Part shown: piece after piece, positions 14,201 through 26,200 of the stretch
How positions within the stretch are numbered: position 1 is the stretch's first letter
How the letters are laid out: each line of letters opens with the position of its first letter
Assembly: GCA_900617105.1 (NCBI GenBank)
Contig: UYFQ01000728.1
Coordinates: 1 to 51,784 of the forward strand
From: Hydrurus foetidus
Lineage: Eukaryota
Direction: 5' to 3'
DNA: 51,784 bases
Made by a program: the position numbers and the translations under genes
Notes under the pieces: model-generated
What the model was told of the DNA's origin: nothing
The model's database searches: none
The model's input: the letters and a program-made list of their open reading frames with translations, nothing else

Positions 14201-14858
14201 CAAATTCACAGATATCAGTTCTGCACCGGAGATAGTGACTTTACTGACAGATGAAATTCAAGCAGAAGGAGAATATCTCTCTTTCCGTATAAATCTCAGA
14301 GATGTCAGTGAAGCGGGTGAAGCCGAACAAGAACAGTGCGATGAGGAGAAGGAAGATATTCTCGCGCAGGGCAGTGTTGCCCTCTGGGTCATGATTGAGG
14401 ATTCTTGCAGCATTCTTCGACAGGTGATTTTTCTTTGCTTTGAACGTACTCTCCTGTACTACTATATGCTGAAATGCATTCTTATCTTTACCTGTGTTTC
14501 AAATTTTAACTGCGTTCCATTCACTCCCCTTCCATTCGTTCGTGTGCCTCGCCACATTTGCATTTAGCAACGCATCTCAATCCAGAGCTAACTAGTCCTC
14601 TATCCACGTTAACAGTACTTCAAGATAATGTGCAATAATTGTCGACATTATCACATAATAATATCAGTTGAACTTTCCTCCCCGAACTATTTCATGAACC
14701 ACGTCGAATTTAGTACTATACCCCTATTCACTCTGAGCCTCACAAATTTTTCTTTAAATTCTTAGGAAGTCGATATTCTGGATTGCGTGTCGGAGGAGGT
14801 TATCGGTTTCGCTGTTGTGGATGTCCGCGGTCATCGTCTCTTGAAGGAATGCTCATGA
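8240..14858 (+). CDS. Multi-exon ciliary-type protein: DZIP1/Iguana-like N-terminal domain, long S/D/E-rich disordered region, C-terminal RPGRIP1-C-like C2 domain
   Basis: Exons 8559-8952, 9070-9146 and 9741-9906 splice to FRFNRLAKPIHWERLKGLNLDRIVHGVDLTTLMTVVDDVALGDVSQEDVDHKLLKTLQISQYSVQYLLSCQ, matching the Dzip-like_N pattern (F.F......DW..L...D.DR.....D...L...LLK...L.Q...YLL.SQ). Further exons include 10109-10500, ~10720-10922, ~11080-11483, ~11555-13823 and ~14212-14423; the last exon is 14766-14858 (EVDILD...KECS*). The start is either 8240 (in-frame via intron 8424-8558) or ATG 8621. Confidence 0.7.
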
Positions 14859-15344
14859 CAACAACAATGAGAGATCTAATACTGGTATCGAAATTGATGA
14901 TCTGCAGATATTCTGAACATTTGTATTTTTTTCCAAACTGTACTTTAGACAAAAGTGCTTGCTTAATAGATGACAATGTTTTAATGTTTACAATAAACTT
15001 TCACTGGTTTCGATAGAGATGCTGTCCATGAGCAGTGGAGATAACTCCTCTGACCTTGATTTTTTTGTCGAAAATTGTCATCTGGTCTGCGCTCTGAATG
15101 CTCATTCGAAGCTGTGTCACAATAAATTGTCGTGTCCTCGATCTGTGACTGAGGCGACACGTCATCGCTTTCGAAAATGGGGATTACCAGGAGTGAGTTC
15201 TTAATTCAAGAAGCTTCTGTGTCGCGTGTGACTCAATTGAAGAGTTCAGGAAACCAGCTGTACAGGCAGACATTCTGATACCATTGGGGGTAGTTGCGCC
15301 AACGTGGCCGAAGCGACGCATTAATGCAGTCAAAGGTCAGTGGG

Positions 15345-15800
15345 TTATTTACGCGTCTTCGGAGTACTGATGTACATCACTGTAAATGAAAAGATAAAGT
15401 GCAATTTAGAAAGGCCAATGAGTGATTTGAACGGAAGAGGTAAAGGAAAATTGGATCCACATGATGTAGATTCACTTTATTGCGTTAAAATCGATCGGTC
15501 GTCATAGACTATTTAGAAGAGATGATACACAGCATGGAGTGAAATATTACCATTGTTCCCCCTGATGAAGCAGTCACCGTAACGGTTTTTTAATTGGCCG
15601 TCGACGTATTCTTCGGTCTGTTCCATTGCTATGTTAAGGAATCCATCTAAGCACGCTAAGATCCCTCTGTATGTTACTCCCGAATTTAACTGAACAATAA
15701 CTGGTTTTCCAAGAACTTGCTTCAGGAAGTCCGACGGAGATTTCTTCGCGGCAACATCTACTTTTGCCTCGGCGGCTGCATGTGGAGCAGAATCTTCCAT
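15345..15800 (-). CDS. LSM6: U6 snRNA-associated Sm-like protein LSm6 (2 exons: 15800-15551, 15379-15345)
   Basis: PSDFLKQVLGKPVIVQLNSGVTYRGILACLDGFLNIAMEQTEEYVDGQLKNRYGDCFIRGNN spliced to VMYISTPKTRK*; canonical GT-AG intron 15550-15380. Confidence 0.95.
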
Positions 15801-17186
15801 GCCACTCAGACGCTGCTTCTTTGCTAGGTGAGAGTCCTTTCACTGATAGAGTATATAGAATGGAGTGGGGAGAGACAAGCACAAGCACTGTCGTCTGTCG
15901 ATGATCTGGGATCGATGATCGATGAGTCTTTGGCGGCTATAACTAGCATTCGTATTCCGTATGCCGTATTCCGTATGGTAGGTTCGAGATTCCATACGCC
16001 TTACGCAGTACCGTCGAGTGCCCTTTGTTTGTCCTCAAATGTGGTATTACGGTTTTTTATTTCCTTCGATATCAGCCAAAATATGATCATTTTTGCACGT
16101 TTCAAGAGTAGCAGTGAAGCGCAACTCAACTTTCTTCGAGAATCGTCAACTTTGGGATATGTGAGACATTATGATCTTGATAGATCTTGTAACTGATCTT
16201 TGGCTCAGCAGCTATTCGAGTTCAAAATCGCCCATTTTGGAGCGAAAACAGTGATTTTGACAGAGGTCAAAATTTCCCGCATGAAAACGGGGAGAAAGTT
16301 TTCCGTGATTTTCAGTGTATTTCCGATAAATCCTAATACCACATTTGAGGACAAACAAAGGGCACTCGACGATATGGTGTGTGTACTGTAGTGCTGATGT
16401 ATAACTACAGTATATCAGTATATCCTGTAATTAGTAGTACACAACTTAAGGCTACAATTCATGGCAACGTGAACACATGCGAATGATTAGAATCGTGGAG
16501 GGGACAATCTCGTTTTTCAGTTGGGGGATTTGAAGATACGATTCCGCATTAAATCGGAGTTTATCACTAATCACCCACATAAATCGACATTTCACATCTG
16601 AAAAGACTCTTGATACTACTGGGTACGGTGCTCTAAATATTGTTGCCGAAATGACGGGAGGCAGGACATCATGATGGATAAGTCATTGCAACTGTGTGCA
16701 CTTGAGCTCAGGAAGAGTGGCTGAAGTTGATGGTGTCGTGAGGTCTTCGCTTTCTTTGATAGGAGATGGTGGTGAAACTTATCATTTCTGTGCGACCCAG
16801 ATGAAATGACGGATATTACAAGTGGAGATAGTGTAGTGATGACTTGATTTGGTTACGTTGAAATGGCATGTGGTGCGTTTACTAGTGTAATGTTATTAAG
16901 TAATTTATGTAACAAATAAAGCCGAAAACCTCCTAACACATTACATGTCCTACTACTGTATAAGAGCCGGTACTCATAAAGTGAGGTTCTAACATTCTAC
17001 TTATCATAATCTACAGACCCGAATTTAGAAACGATATGACAGTAGAGCCACGAGTTTAAGAATCTGGGATGGTGAGTTGCAGTGACGACAAGAGATGTTC
17101 CGATTGACCAATACGGCCGCGTGGACTCCTCTGGGATAACTGTACATCGTAAATTAAAGTGATTATCTCTATGATACGAAAGTACA

Positions 17187-19464
17187 TTACACAGATCCTC
17201 CTACAAATGGTGGTGGGGCGTCAATTGGCTTCATCACAACGCCCTCGGCATCGAAGGTATCGAACATCACAAATTCTCTGGGTGCTTCCGTCTCGTTCTG
17301 GAAGTTGATGTCCTCCAAACTTCTCTGTGTGGTCAGGGGAAGTGCTAATGTGGAGATGGCGCCAGCGATGAGCAATGTTACTAAGACGCCCATGGCACCT
17401 CCTGGTCCCAGACCGAATCCGGCACATCCAGACTTGGAGTTCAAGTTGCATACGCACTCGGAGCCAGCTGGACTTCCTCCTGGGAGATCTCCTCCGGGCA
17501 CAGAGCGGCCGAGAGGGCAGAAGTTGAGCTTCTTGCAAGAGCCGTCGGCATTCAGATCCGAAGGAACGGCGTTGCCGTTGCATGGGTAGGCGTACTGTGT
17601 CTCAAGCATGCCAGGCTGACTCGCGTACAAGAAACCGAATATTCCAGTGATAGATCCAAGGATTCCGAATGCAGATGCCATGCCGTATCCCGTTCCTCTC
17701 CATCTTGTAGGGAAAATCTCAGCTGGAATGATGTACGTGGTAGTGAGTGGTCCCCATGAAGCGAAAAAGAAGGCAAACACAAACAGCAGAACCCAGCCGT
17801 TAGCCTTGTTCTTCCACATAGCATCAATTCCAGATTTACTTTGTCCGGCAGGGGTGTAGTCGTATTGTGACGCGTTGTTGGGCTGGAGGAGCGTTCTGCG
17901 ACCGCCTGCAACCGCTGACAGGAATAAGGCGAACAAAACGAAGCCAAGGAACTGAAGCAACTTGCGGCCAATAAGATCGACTGTGAGCACGGTAACATAG
18001 TAACCAAGGATGAGTGATGCCACGACGAATGCGATGATAGCTCTGGCGGTTCCGTCAGTTACTGCTTGGGCAGATTGGAACTTCTGGATGGGCACGAATC
18101 CGACAACTGCTGCTGCGTCTTTGATTGCGATGAGAAAAGCGTAGAATGCGGTGTTGAAGAGAAACCAGCAGAGAGACACAGTGATAAGGTTCCAGCCATG
18201 GAAGTACAAGAATCCGCAGCACGTAAGATCAGCCTCCGGGTACACTTCAATAGAGTTGTCAATCTCGATGACGTTTGTCACCATTTGGGCGTATGGCTCT
18301 CCCTGAGATGCAAGATCTGTGATGGCTCTTAGGTGGTCCTTCTTGATGTGTGCGGTGAAGCGAGGGGTCTCGACGAGAAGGTACTGAGAAAGAAGCAGGG
18401 CGATAACAGCTGGGACTGCTCCCATGCCAACAGTTGCTCTCCATACGAACTCAATAACATTAGGGCAAGATCCGATAACAGCTGATTCATAGGCGTTGAT
18501 AGACTCTGGGCTGCAATCCATGAAAGGGGTGCCCGCTGGGCAGCCGAAGCCGTATACGCCCACTATGGGAAAGTCGTTAGAGGGACCAAGCTGGGAGATG
18601 CCTGCGTTGGCAATACCGGCGACAAGGCCAGCGAAAAGAATGCCAGTGCCTGATGGAATGTGTCTGTTATCAGAGATATGTGCGGAGAAGTTACTACGTA
18701 TAAAAGTCATCATACCTTGCATCGCGAAAACGATAGCTACAAATGCTCCTCTGCTCTTTCTCGTTGAGTACTCCGACATGATAATGGCGGAGACAGGGTA
18801 CATCGCGCCGATGCCCATACCCAAAAAGAATCGCCAGAAAGAAAGGGTGCCAACAACCGCGGCACCACTGGCGCCGAAGGAGAAAGATGACAGGAATGCG
18901 AAGATAATCATTATGTAGCAGGCACTCTCGAAGATGAATTTGCGGCCATAAACATCAGCCAAAGCTCCACCGATAACACTGCCGATAACTGCTCCAACCA
19001 ATAGGGACGAAATGATGGCGGCTTCATAGTTAAGGGGCAGTATTCCTGGTCGGACGTTTTCTTTCATGAAGGTCGGGAGATCTTGGAAGTATCGGCGACC
19101 CATTGCTGGAGTCTGCGTGTCAACGAGGCGGAAAGTTAGTCCAGGTACATACAACGGTATTTCAATATTGCAGTTTTACGTGGCATTAATGACTTACCAG
19201 AAACAGGATGTTGAAGAGATCGTATGATGCTGCGAAGAAACCAAGGGCCGTGACCTAACATATCCGGCAGGTTTCGGAGGTGTCAGAAGTTATATTTCCG
19301 TGGGAATGATGATGCGTCTGGCGTTGTGATGCACTTACCGCGTAGACTTTCCATTGAAGATCTGGGCATGTGCTGCATGCACCGCCGCCGGGCACGCACC
19401 AAAGTCCTCTTTTCTCATCGAGGTTCTTGAAGACGTTTTTGCAACTTTCTTTAAGATCCGTCAT
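17187..19464 (-). CDS. MFS phosphate:H+ symporter family (PHO84/PHT1-like) protein with substituted core residues and Cys-rich loop insertions
   Basis: Exons 19464-19339, 19254-19198, 19112-18716 and 18649-17187. Family motifs: GFF..SYDLF, G.LAD.YGRK, FWRFFLG.GIG..YP.SA.IMSEY...SRGAFVA.VFAMQG, ETPRFTA, IGRK..Q..GF, GP..TT.IIPAEIFP.R.RGT..G...A.G. Confidence 0.88.
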
Positions 19465-20749
19465 TGTTGAAAGTTTGTACGAGGTGGTGACTTTCTGTCG
19501 TCAACTTCGCCAATCTTCTCACTTAATGAAAATGATGAAACGAACGACGCGTTTCGTGTATCTCTATCTATGGCTGTTATGTAGCAAGTCCATCGATTGT
19601 TTGTCAACGTCGATCAGTTCCGTGAATTTTTCACATGGACTTACTTTTTTTGTATTTCTGACGCCAATAAAAGTTCCAAAGATCTGGAGTACGGTTTTTA
19701 TTTTCTCCCTGTATCCACGTCACCTGTGAAACACAACTGCCGAAGGGAGGAACGAGGAACCGGATATTTTCTGTACGCACGTACAGAATACTGAGTACTA
19801 AAAATAAAGTAGCCAATATTTCTGTGTGTTTGTAACTAGGTGTAGTACAGTATCTTATGGATTCATGCTTTATGCACACCATCGACTTCGACTGCACACA
19901 TCAGCATTGTCCTTGCTGTCATACGAACTGTGATCAGGCAAGCATAAAATTTGTAAGGCACGAAATTATCAAATCAATGCTGTTGGATGTTGGGAAAATT
20001 CATGTAAAGAGAATTCTCGTGATATCAGACAAAAATTAATCTCTGGAGCCGGTTGGCTATCTCTTCTCGACAGGAAGATTAGCAATTCTCTTCCAATTCG
20101 GAGAAATTTGGAATAGCAATTAAAGCCGACTGAAGGCAGAAGTAACCTAAAAATGGTGTCTCATCTCTGCATACAGTGGATCCTAATTGAGATACAATAA
20201 GACTTCGATACGTACAGGGGAGGGGGACTCCTAAAATGGTCGGCCTTGCCCTCAAATATTGGGATTTCCTAAATTGCACAGTACTGTGGTAGCCTCAGTC
20301 TGGTTTGTTCTGTTCCATAAATTTGCTAATTTTCTCCATTATTTTCGTTATGTTTTCGTTGAATTGTAGTACAGAAGCAGGCCTGCAAAATTTCAGAAAT
20401 GAAATGATGTACCTTTCCAAAATGGATGGTAATTATCGATATAGCTGCTGGGATCTATATACTGTAGGGGATGTAATTGATGCAAATCTGAATGTTATTG
20501 GATCAGAATCCTGACCCGCGGAGCCCCCACCCCTCACACATCCAATAATTTGCTTCATTTGAATCCTATTTGATAATTTTCATCCATTTAGCTGACTCGA
20601 CAACTAGAACTATATTCCTTCCCTGAATAACCCGCCACCCACCCTCCGCCTCCGCCTCCGCCTTCCAATTCAATTATAAAAACTAGGGATAGGTAGCAAA
20701 GTGGGATCTCCAGCTGAGGATGACGTTTATTCTGTCCATTGCAGTCTAA

Positions 20750-22720
20750 ATGAAAGTCTTAGGGTTATGGTGCAATTTAAAGAGAAAATTCGCTCATGAA
20801 GGGAGGAAAACATTTTTGAGGAAGATTCACTCTCAGGGCAGCGGGCTTTTTGGTGCTCTTGGACAAGGGGACAGTTTGAAAGATTCAAAGCATTTTGAAA
20901 TTGTTAGCCGATCTGAGGTGGACTCTCGCCCAGTGATAGCCAAGCAGATATCTGCTGGCTGGGGTCACTCTGCAGCTGTCACTGAGGACGGTGAAGTTAT
21001 CGTTTGGGGTAGACCCTATGATTTCTCGAGTTTACTCCGGTTGAAGAAGTTGAGAGATTTTTCCGGTGGCCTTGCACGATTCGTCACCAAATTAAGCAAC
21101 AAACTTGGAGCTGAATTCGATGGAATCTACAGTACTCCGTTTCTTGTCAACGATATACAAAAGATTTCATCGGTGCACTGTTCCGGAGGTTTAACTGGTC
21201 GGTTCCTACTTTGTTTTTTACTTACGAACAAATGACCAACTGAAATGATTCCGCTATGTGTCGTTTATGTTGGCATATCTAGTGGCTCTCAGTGAATCAG
21301 GCGACCTCTATTCTTTCGGCCAGAATAGGTGGGGTCAATGCGGAGCAGGTATCGTCCTAGAGTTTCTCCTGTCCTTATTACTCTAAGCTAGCACTATTTG
21401 ATTGTCCTTTATTGTGGTTTGCAGGAGATGGTGGAGATCTTTGCTTTCACAGTCCACAAGAAGTTATGATAAATGTTAGAGTGAAAGCAGTCGACACCGG
21501 ACTACAGCACTGCATAGCCGTTTCGGAATGCGGGCGTGACGTTTTCGCATGGGGTAAAGCTGCGAGAGGTCAGCTGGGGAACATTGTATCAGATCAAGTT
21601 AGTTTTGGGATTCCCCAGGTAGTGCGGGGAATATCTGGACTTGTCCAGGGAGTTTCTGCTGGTTTGAATCACTCAGCAGCTCTCACAGCGGAAGGCATCG
21701 TTTACCTTTGGGGGAAAGGAATGTCAGATCAGCTAGACCTCGAAAATAAAAATGGTAATTTTTCTGTAATCACATGAAGGCTATTGAATGACTATGACAA
21801 GCCGTGCTATCTAATTCGCACTTCAAATCATAAGTCTTAATACTACTGTAATATGACTAAGGTTTCAATATAAATCTCATTAAGCACGAATTATGTAGTG
21901 CTGGTGTTAGTGAAAATACATTATCATTGTTGTTAAATGTGGTAGTATATCAATTGAATTACGCGCCTGCACGTACACCCTCAAAAGGTCGCTTGAAGTA
22001 CGTACGTACAATATCTAATGACCTATGCAAATCGAATTATTACAGCCAAATACGTTAAGATCTACAAAGATCAACTAGCACCTAGGATCGTTGAGATTCC
22101 AGGAGGAAGGAAAGCTCTTCAAATTTGTAGCAGGTGAGTGACTTGTGAGTCACTTTTAATAAATAGTGTTACTTTGTATGATATTCTGTAATCCGTTCAT
22201 CCGACTTATGACCACAATTTTTTTTGTATCCTGAAAGCTGTACTGTATCTTTGATTTGAATTTATTTCTTGACAGCAACTACACCCTTGTTATCCGATGT
22301 GATGACGATTCCCTCTGGGTATTGGGTACCGGGGAGTACGACCACATAGCGCACACGTCACCCATTCAAGTGCAACAGGCAGCAGAAGACTTGCTGGTAA
22401 CTCCATCTATTGAGACGTGGGTACAGAGGACATCCCCCTATGTAGTCATGCCCTCGGGGTCTGTGTTGAAGAAGGGGTTCACTAGAGTAGCCATTATAGC
22501 GCCTCACATGAAGGGGCTGTCCACACATGCGGACAGTAGTGACGATTCAGGGTCACAGTTATTTGAAGTTATTATCAATAATAGTGAGGCGTATTTAGTG
22601 GACAAACAAATAACAATCGGCGCGAATGGAGGAGACATTAAAGGCAGAACAATATTAGACTATTGCTCCGGTTGGACTCACAACATTTTGATGCTTGACG
22701 AGAAAGTAACAAACGCATAG
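20750..22720 (+). CDS. RCC1-repeat protein, possibly mitochondrial (basic N-terminal presequence), 5 exons
   Basis: RCC1 motifs ISAGWGHSAAVTEDGEVIVWG, LYSFGQNRWGQCG, VDTGLQHCIAV...FAWGKAARGQLG and VSAGLNHSAALTAEGIVYLWG. Approximate exons 20750-21197, 21282-21348, 21425-21754, 22046-22133 and ~22276-22720. Confidence 0.85.
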
Positions 22721-23245
22721 CTTTCACTACCATATGAATACGTCTCTAATGGTTTGCCTCCTGTATTATGTATAAATAAATTGTTACTGCTATATTTAAT
22801 TTCTTCCGTAAGTACATTTTAATTAATTTAATAAATAGTTTTCAGTACTGCCTCAGGAATGCTGATGAGCACTGGATATCAGATTTCATCGCGATAAATT
22901 CGGCTCAATGTGCGATTTGATTATTAATTATCACAGCAGTAAATGACATAATGGAATGAAAGGTTATCGTTTGTAACTCCAATCATGTGTGTAAGATGAT
23001 GAGATTACTTACCAGAAGCAGCTAATACATTCAGAAGCATTCCATACTCACTACGCGTCACAAAACACAATTCCTCAACTCAAGAAGAGATAGATGTGAG
23101 CATGAATTGGATGTGCAGTATAAGATGCCAGTTTAAAAAATAGAGAAGATTGAGGAAATACGCAGTAACACTCAGAAGTCAAAAACTCAATCCTGTAACG
23201 GAATGTCAAAAACAGATTTAAAAAACAATTATAAAAAACAAATAT

Positions 23246-26200
23246 CTAAATGTTGAGTCTCTCATACATTTTCTCTTCCATTTCATCTTTTCTTCTGATC
23301 TCATCTTCTATCAAATCAGCTTTTCTCTTCATTTTCAAGTCATGTATTTGTTTTGCATCAGCTCTGGCTTGCTTGGCCTCCTTCCCTCTCCTACCTGCCC
23401 TTGAAACACCCTTACCATGACCACCTCTACTAACCTTCATCCCAGCTTCTTCCTCACTATCACTACTAGACAGAACAGCTGTCGTGTGGAAGAAAGAATC
23501 AATTTCCTTTCTGATCCAAGACTTTTTAACCGGTGATGGAATGATGCCTTTTCTTACGGCTAACACGGTTAATGCAGTGCTAACTTTCAGCGCCTGTGTT
23601 GTGTGGGTATAATTCATGTTATATCATGTTATATCATGTTATATCATTTCATGTTACATCATGATATATCATCTCATTTCATGTAATGTTTTGACATGCA
23701 ACGTTATGTGTAACAATAGGTAAGACAGACTCCGCGTTATTTTTTTTACGCTTCAAGATACAAACCGAAAACACGCATTGCACAATTTACAATTTGTTGC
23801 TCACCTTGTATGCCAGTGCTGTTCGTGCATCCAAATTCTTCCTGTCTGATTTAATGATGTTCTTTGTGTCTGCTCCGTCTGCCGCTAGAATCAATAAATG
23901 CTCAGCTGGCACAGCCCCTTTAACTCTCTCCAAATTCGACAGGTCATATTTATACGGATTTAGTTTCAAATCCGCCTCAGCAGCTATCCTGAGTTTCTCT
24001 CGCACTTTGTCGTCTTCAGCTGCTAGGACTCTTCTGGCTTCAGCGATGGCGTCTAGTGTACGGGATTTTCCAGGTTTACGTAAATATGTGCACCTCCTCG
24101 CTGTCTCGGCAAGCTCTCTTTGCTACTCCATCAGAGAAAGAGAAGGAGAGAGATAAAGACTAAGAGAGAGATTTACATTAACGAAGAGAGAAAGATAGAG
24201 GGATAAAGATAGGGAGAGATGCGGAAACAAGTCATAGGACAACGACTTGCTCCAACTCGGGCATGCAAAACAATGCGAGATGTGGCAAGTATCGAAAACA
24301 TCCATTGGCATGAACCACCCCGCAAAAAACAACAATGCATTGCATTGAAGCCACGTCGTCTCATCTTATTACGGCGATAGGATACGTCTTACCCTAGCGA
24401 TGGATTTAGCAGCAGTAAAGCATTCAGTTGCGCATTTTTCTTTGAAAGATATGTCCCTCTCCAGGTCCGAAGGAGCTGTTTAGTTCAATTCAGTGCAGTT
24501 CAGACAAAGTGAGCGAGTGAGTGAGTAGGAAGGTTAAGTGGGTTGGTCGGGTCACGGTGACAGCATACTATGTGCATCAAGAGATGTACAGATCCGCGAT
24601 TAAGCATCGTATGCATGCATTGACTCACAGGATATCGGACCTGAGTTGTTTGCAATTCCATTATAGCTGTCATCTGCTCTATACTGGGCGTCTAGATATG
24701 ACTTCGCCTGTACGTAGCTCTTCTGCAGAACACTCAGCTCCACAGGTTTCACAGAGCATCCGTACGCACAAAGAGGAATGATATGCCCTGAGGGAATGTT
24801 CGCAGAACGTACGTACTGCACTAACGCGTCTCCTGCAGGCGTGTTCTTCAAGAGTGCCTTTGCAATGCGACCTTTCATACCGCTTCTCGGTATAGCATGT
24901 ACTGGTAGGAGTGCATACGTGCTGTTTACTGTATGCTGTCGTTCTGCATCGGAGCTACACATAGAGAAGTGAGGCATCGCTGCGATGCCTCTCACAGACT
25001 GATCCCCCATATTGAGAGCTTCAGGGGTAGTGGACAGGAGGGCATACGACAGCTGCGATGGAGCGTAGAACACCCTCGGCTCGGTGCTATGTGCTAACAC
25101 AGTGCTTTCAAATGTCGGATCTATGGCACCTTGAGTATGTAGACTTGACATCTGAAACGATTTCCTACGTTCCTTGCGTGTCAGATGCATGGTCAGTGAA
25201 TCATACTCTGTATCTGAGTGCACAGCACAACTCGTATCAGTGTCAGAGTGATCAACCGACCTCACACTAGCTCTCTTGATGACGTGTCCGATGGACTGCG
25301 CACTCTCGAGATCAGGAATCAAGGTCCGAGTTCCATTACCGGTCCCATTGCCCTGTCCCTCATTGATAAGATCGGAACCCACCCCACTCTTGCTCAGTCT
25401 CCTTCCAATGAGAGCCCTCGAACTGTGGGTCGAGATTCCGTTGTTGCTCCTCAACCATACTAGGGATCTCACACTCTGACTGGGGAGCTTGAACATGGAT
25501 GCAGTACGATATGCCACTGTACTCAGCTCTCCATCACTGTCCTCCTCCACTCGCTCAAGGTAATCGAACTCGTCATAGTCGCTTCCACTGTCATCCTCTC
25601 CATCTCCATCTCCATCTTTCTCTGCTTCTTTAGTGTCATCTTCATCTGCGTCGCCAGCAGTGTTCTCAATTCTCGTCAGATTCTTCTTGACCGTGTTAGC
25701 TGTCCTAGAACGTGTAGTCAGAGTCGCTGATCCATTTGGAACCAGCTCTGTGGAGTATGACCAACAGACCAGATTGTCAGTCATCAGATGTGGTGGTGTA
25801 TGGCTAATATGTACTCAATAGCTGTCATACAGCACACAGCGTGCAGCATACCTTGTGGCGTCAGGATCTTATCGGCTGCACCGGATTCTTCATCTAATCC
25901 GGCTACAACAAAAGGGTTGGTGTGAAGAATTGACACAAAAAAAATGTGCTGCAGGGCATGTCAGAGAATGATCAAAAAGGATTCAATGCTACTTACTGTC
26001 GAAGAGATTCAGTGGAGCAGAGGGTATCAGGAAATCTGAGGGTAGATATTGTTCCAGACATGGCTCCACGATTGATATCGCATTGGTCTCCGTGTGCTGC
26101 CAATAAGGCTTGATGAAGAACAGTAGATTTGGGAAATGTTGTCAAATGTAAATAGGTAGACTCACGTAGAATATTTCAAATTACCTTCTATCACAGCTCT

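Noticed and set aside
20750..22720. RCC1 gene as RPGR, functionally clustered with the RPGRIP1-C-like gene
   Set aside because: It has only generic RCC1 repeats and a mitochondrial-type N-terminus; the proximity is probably chance.
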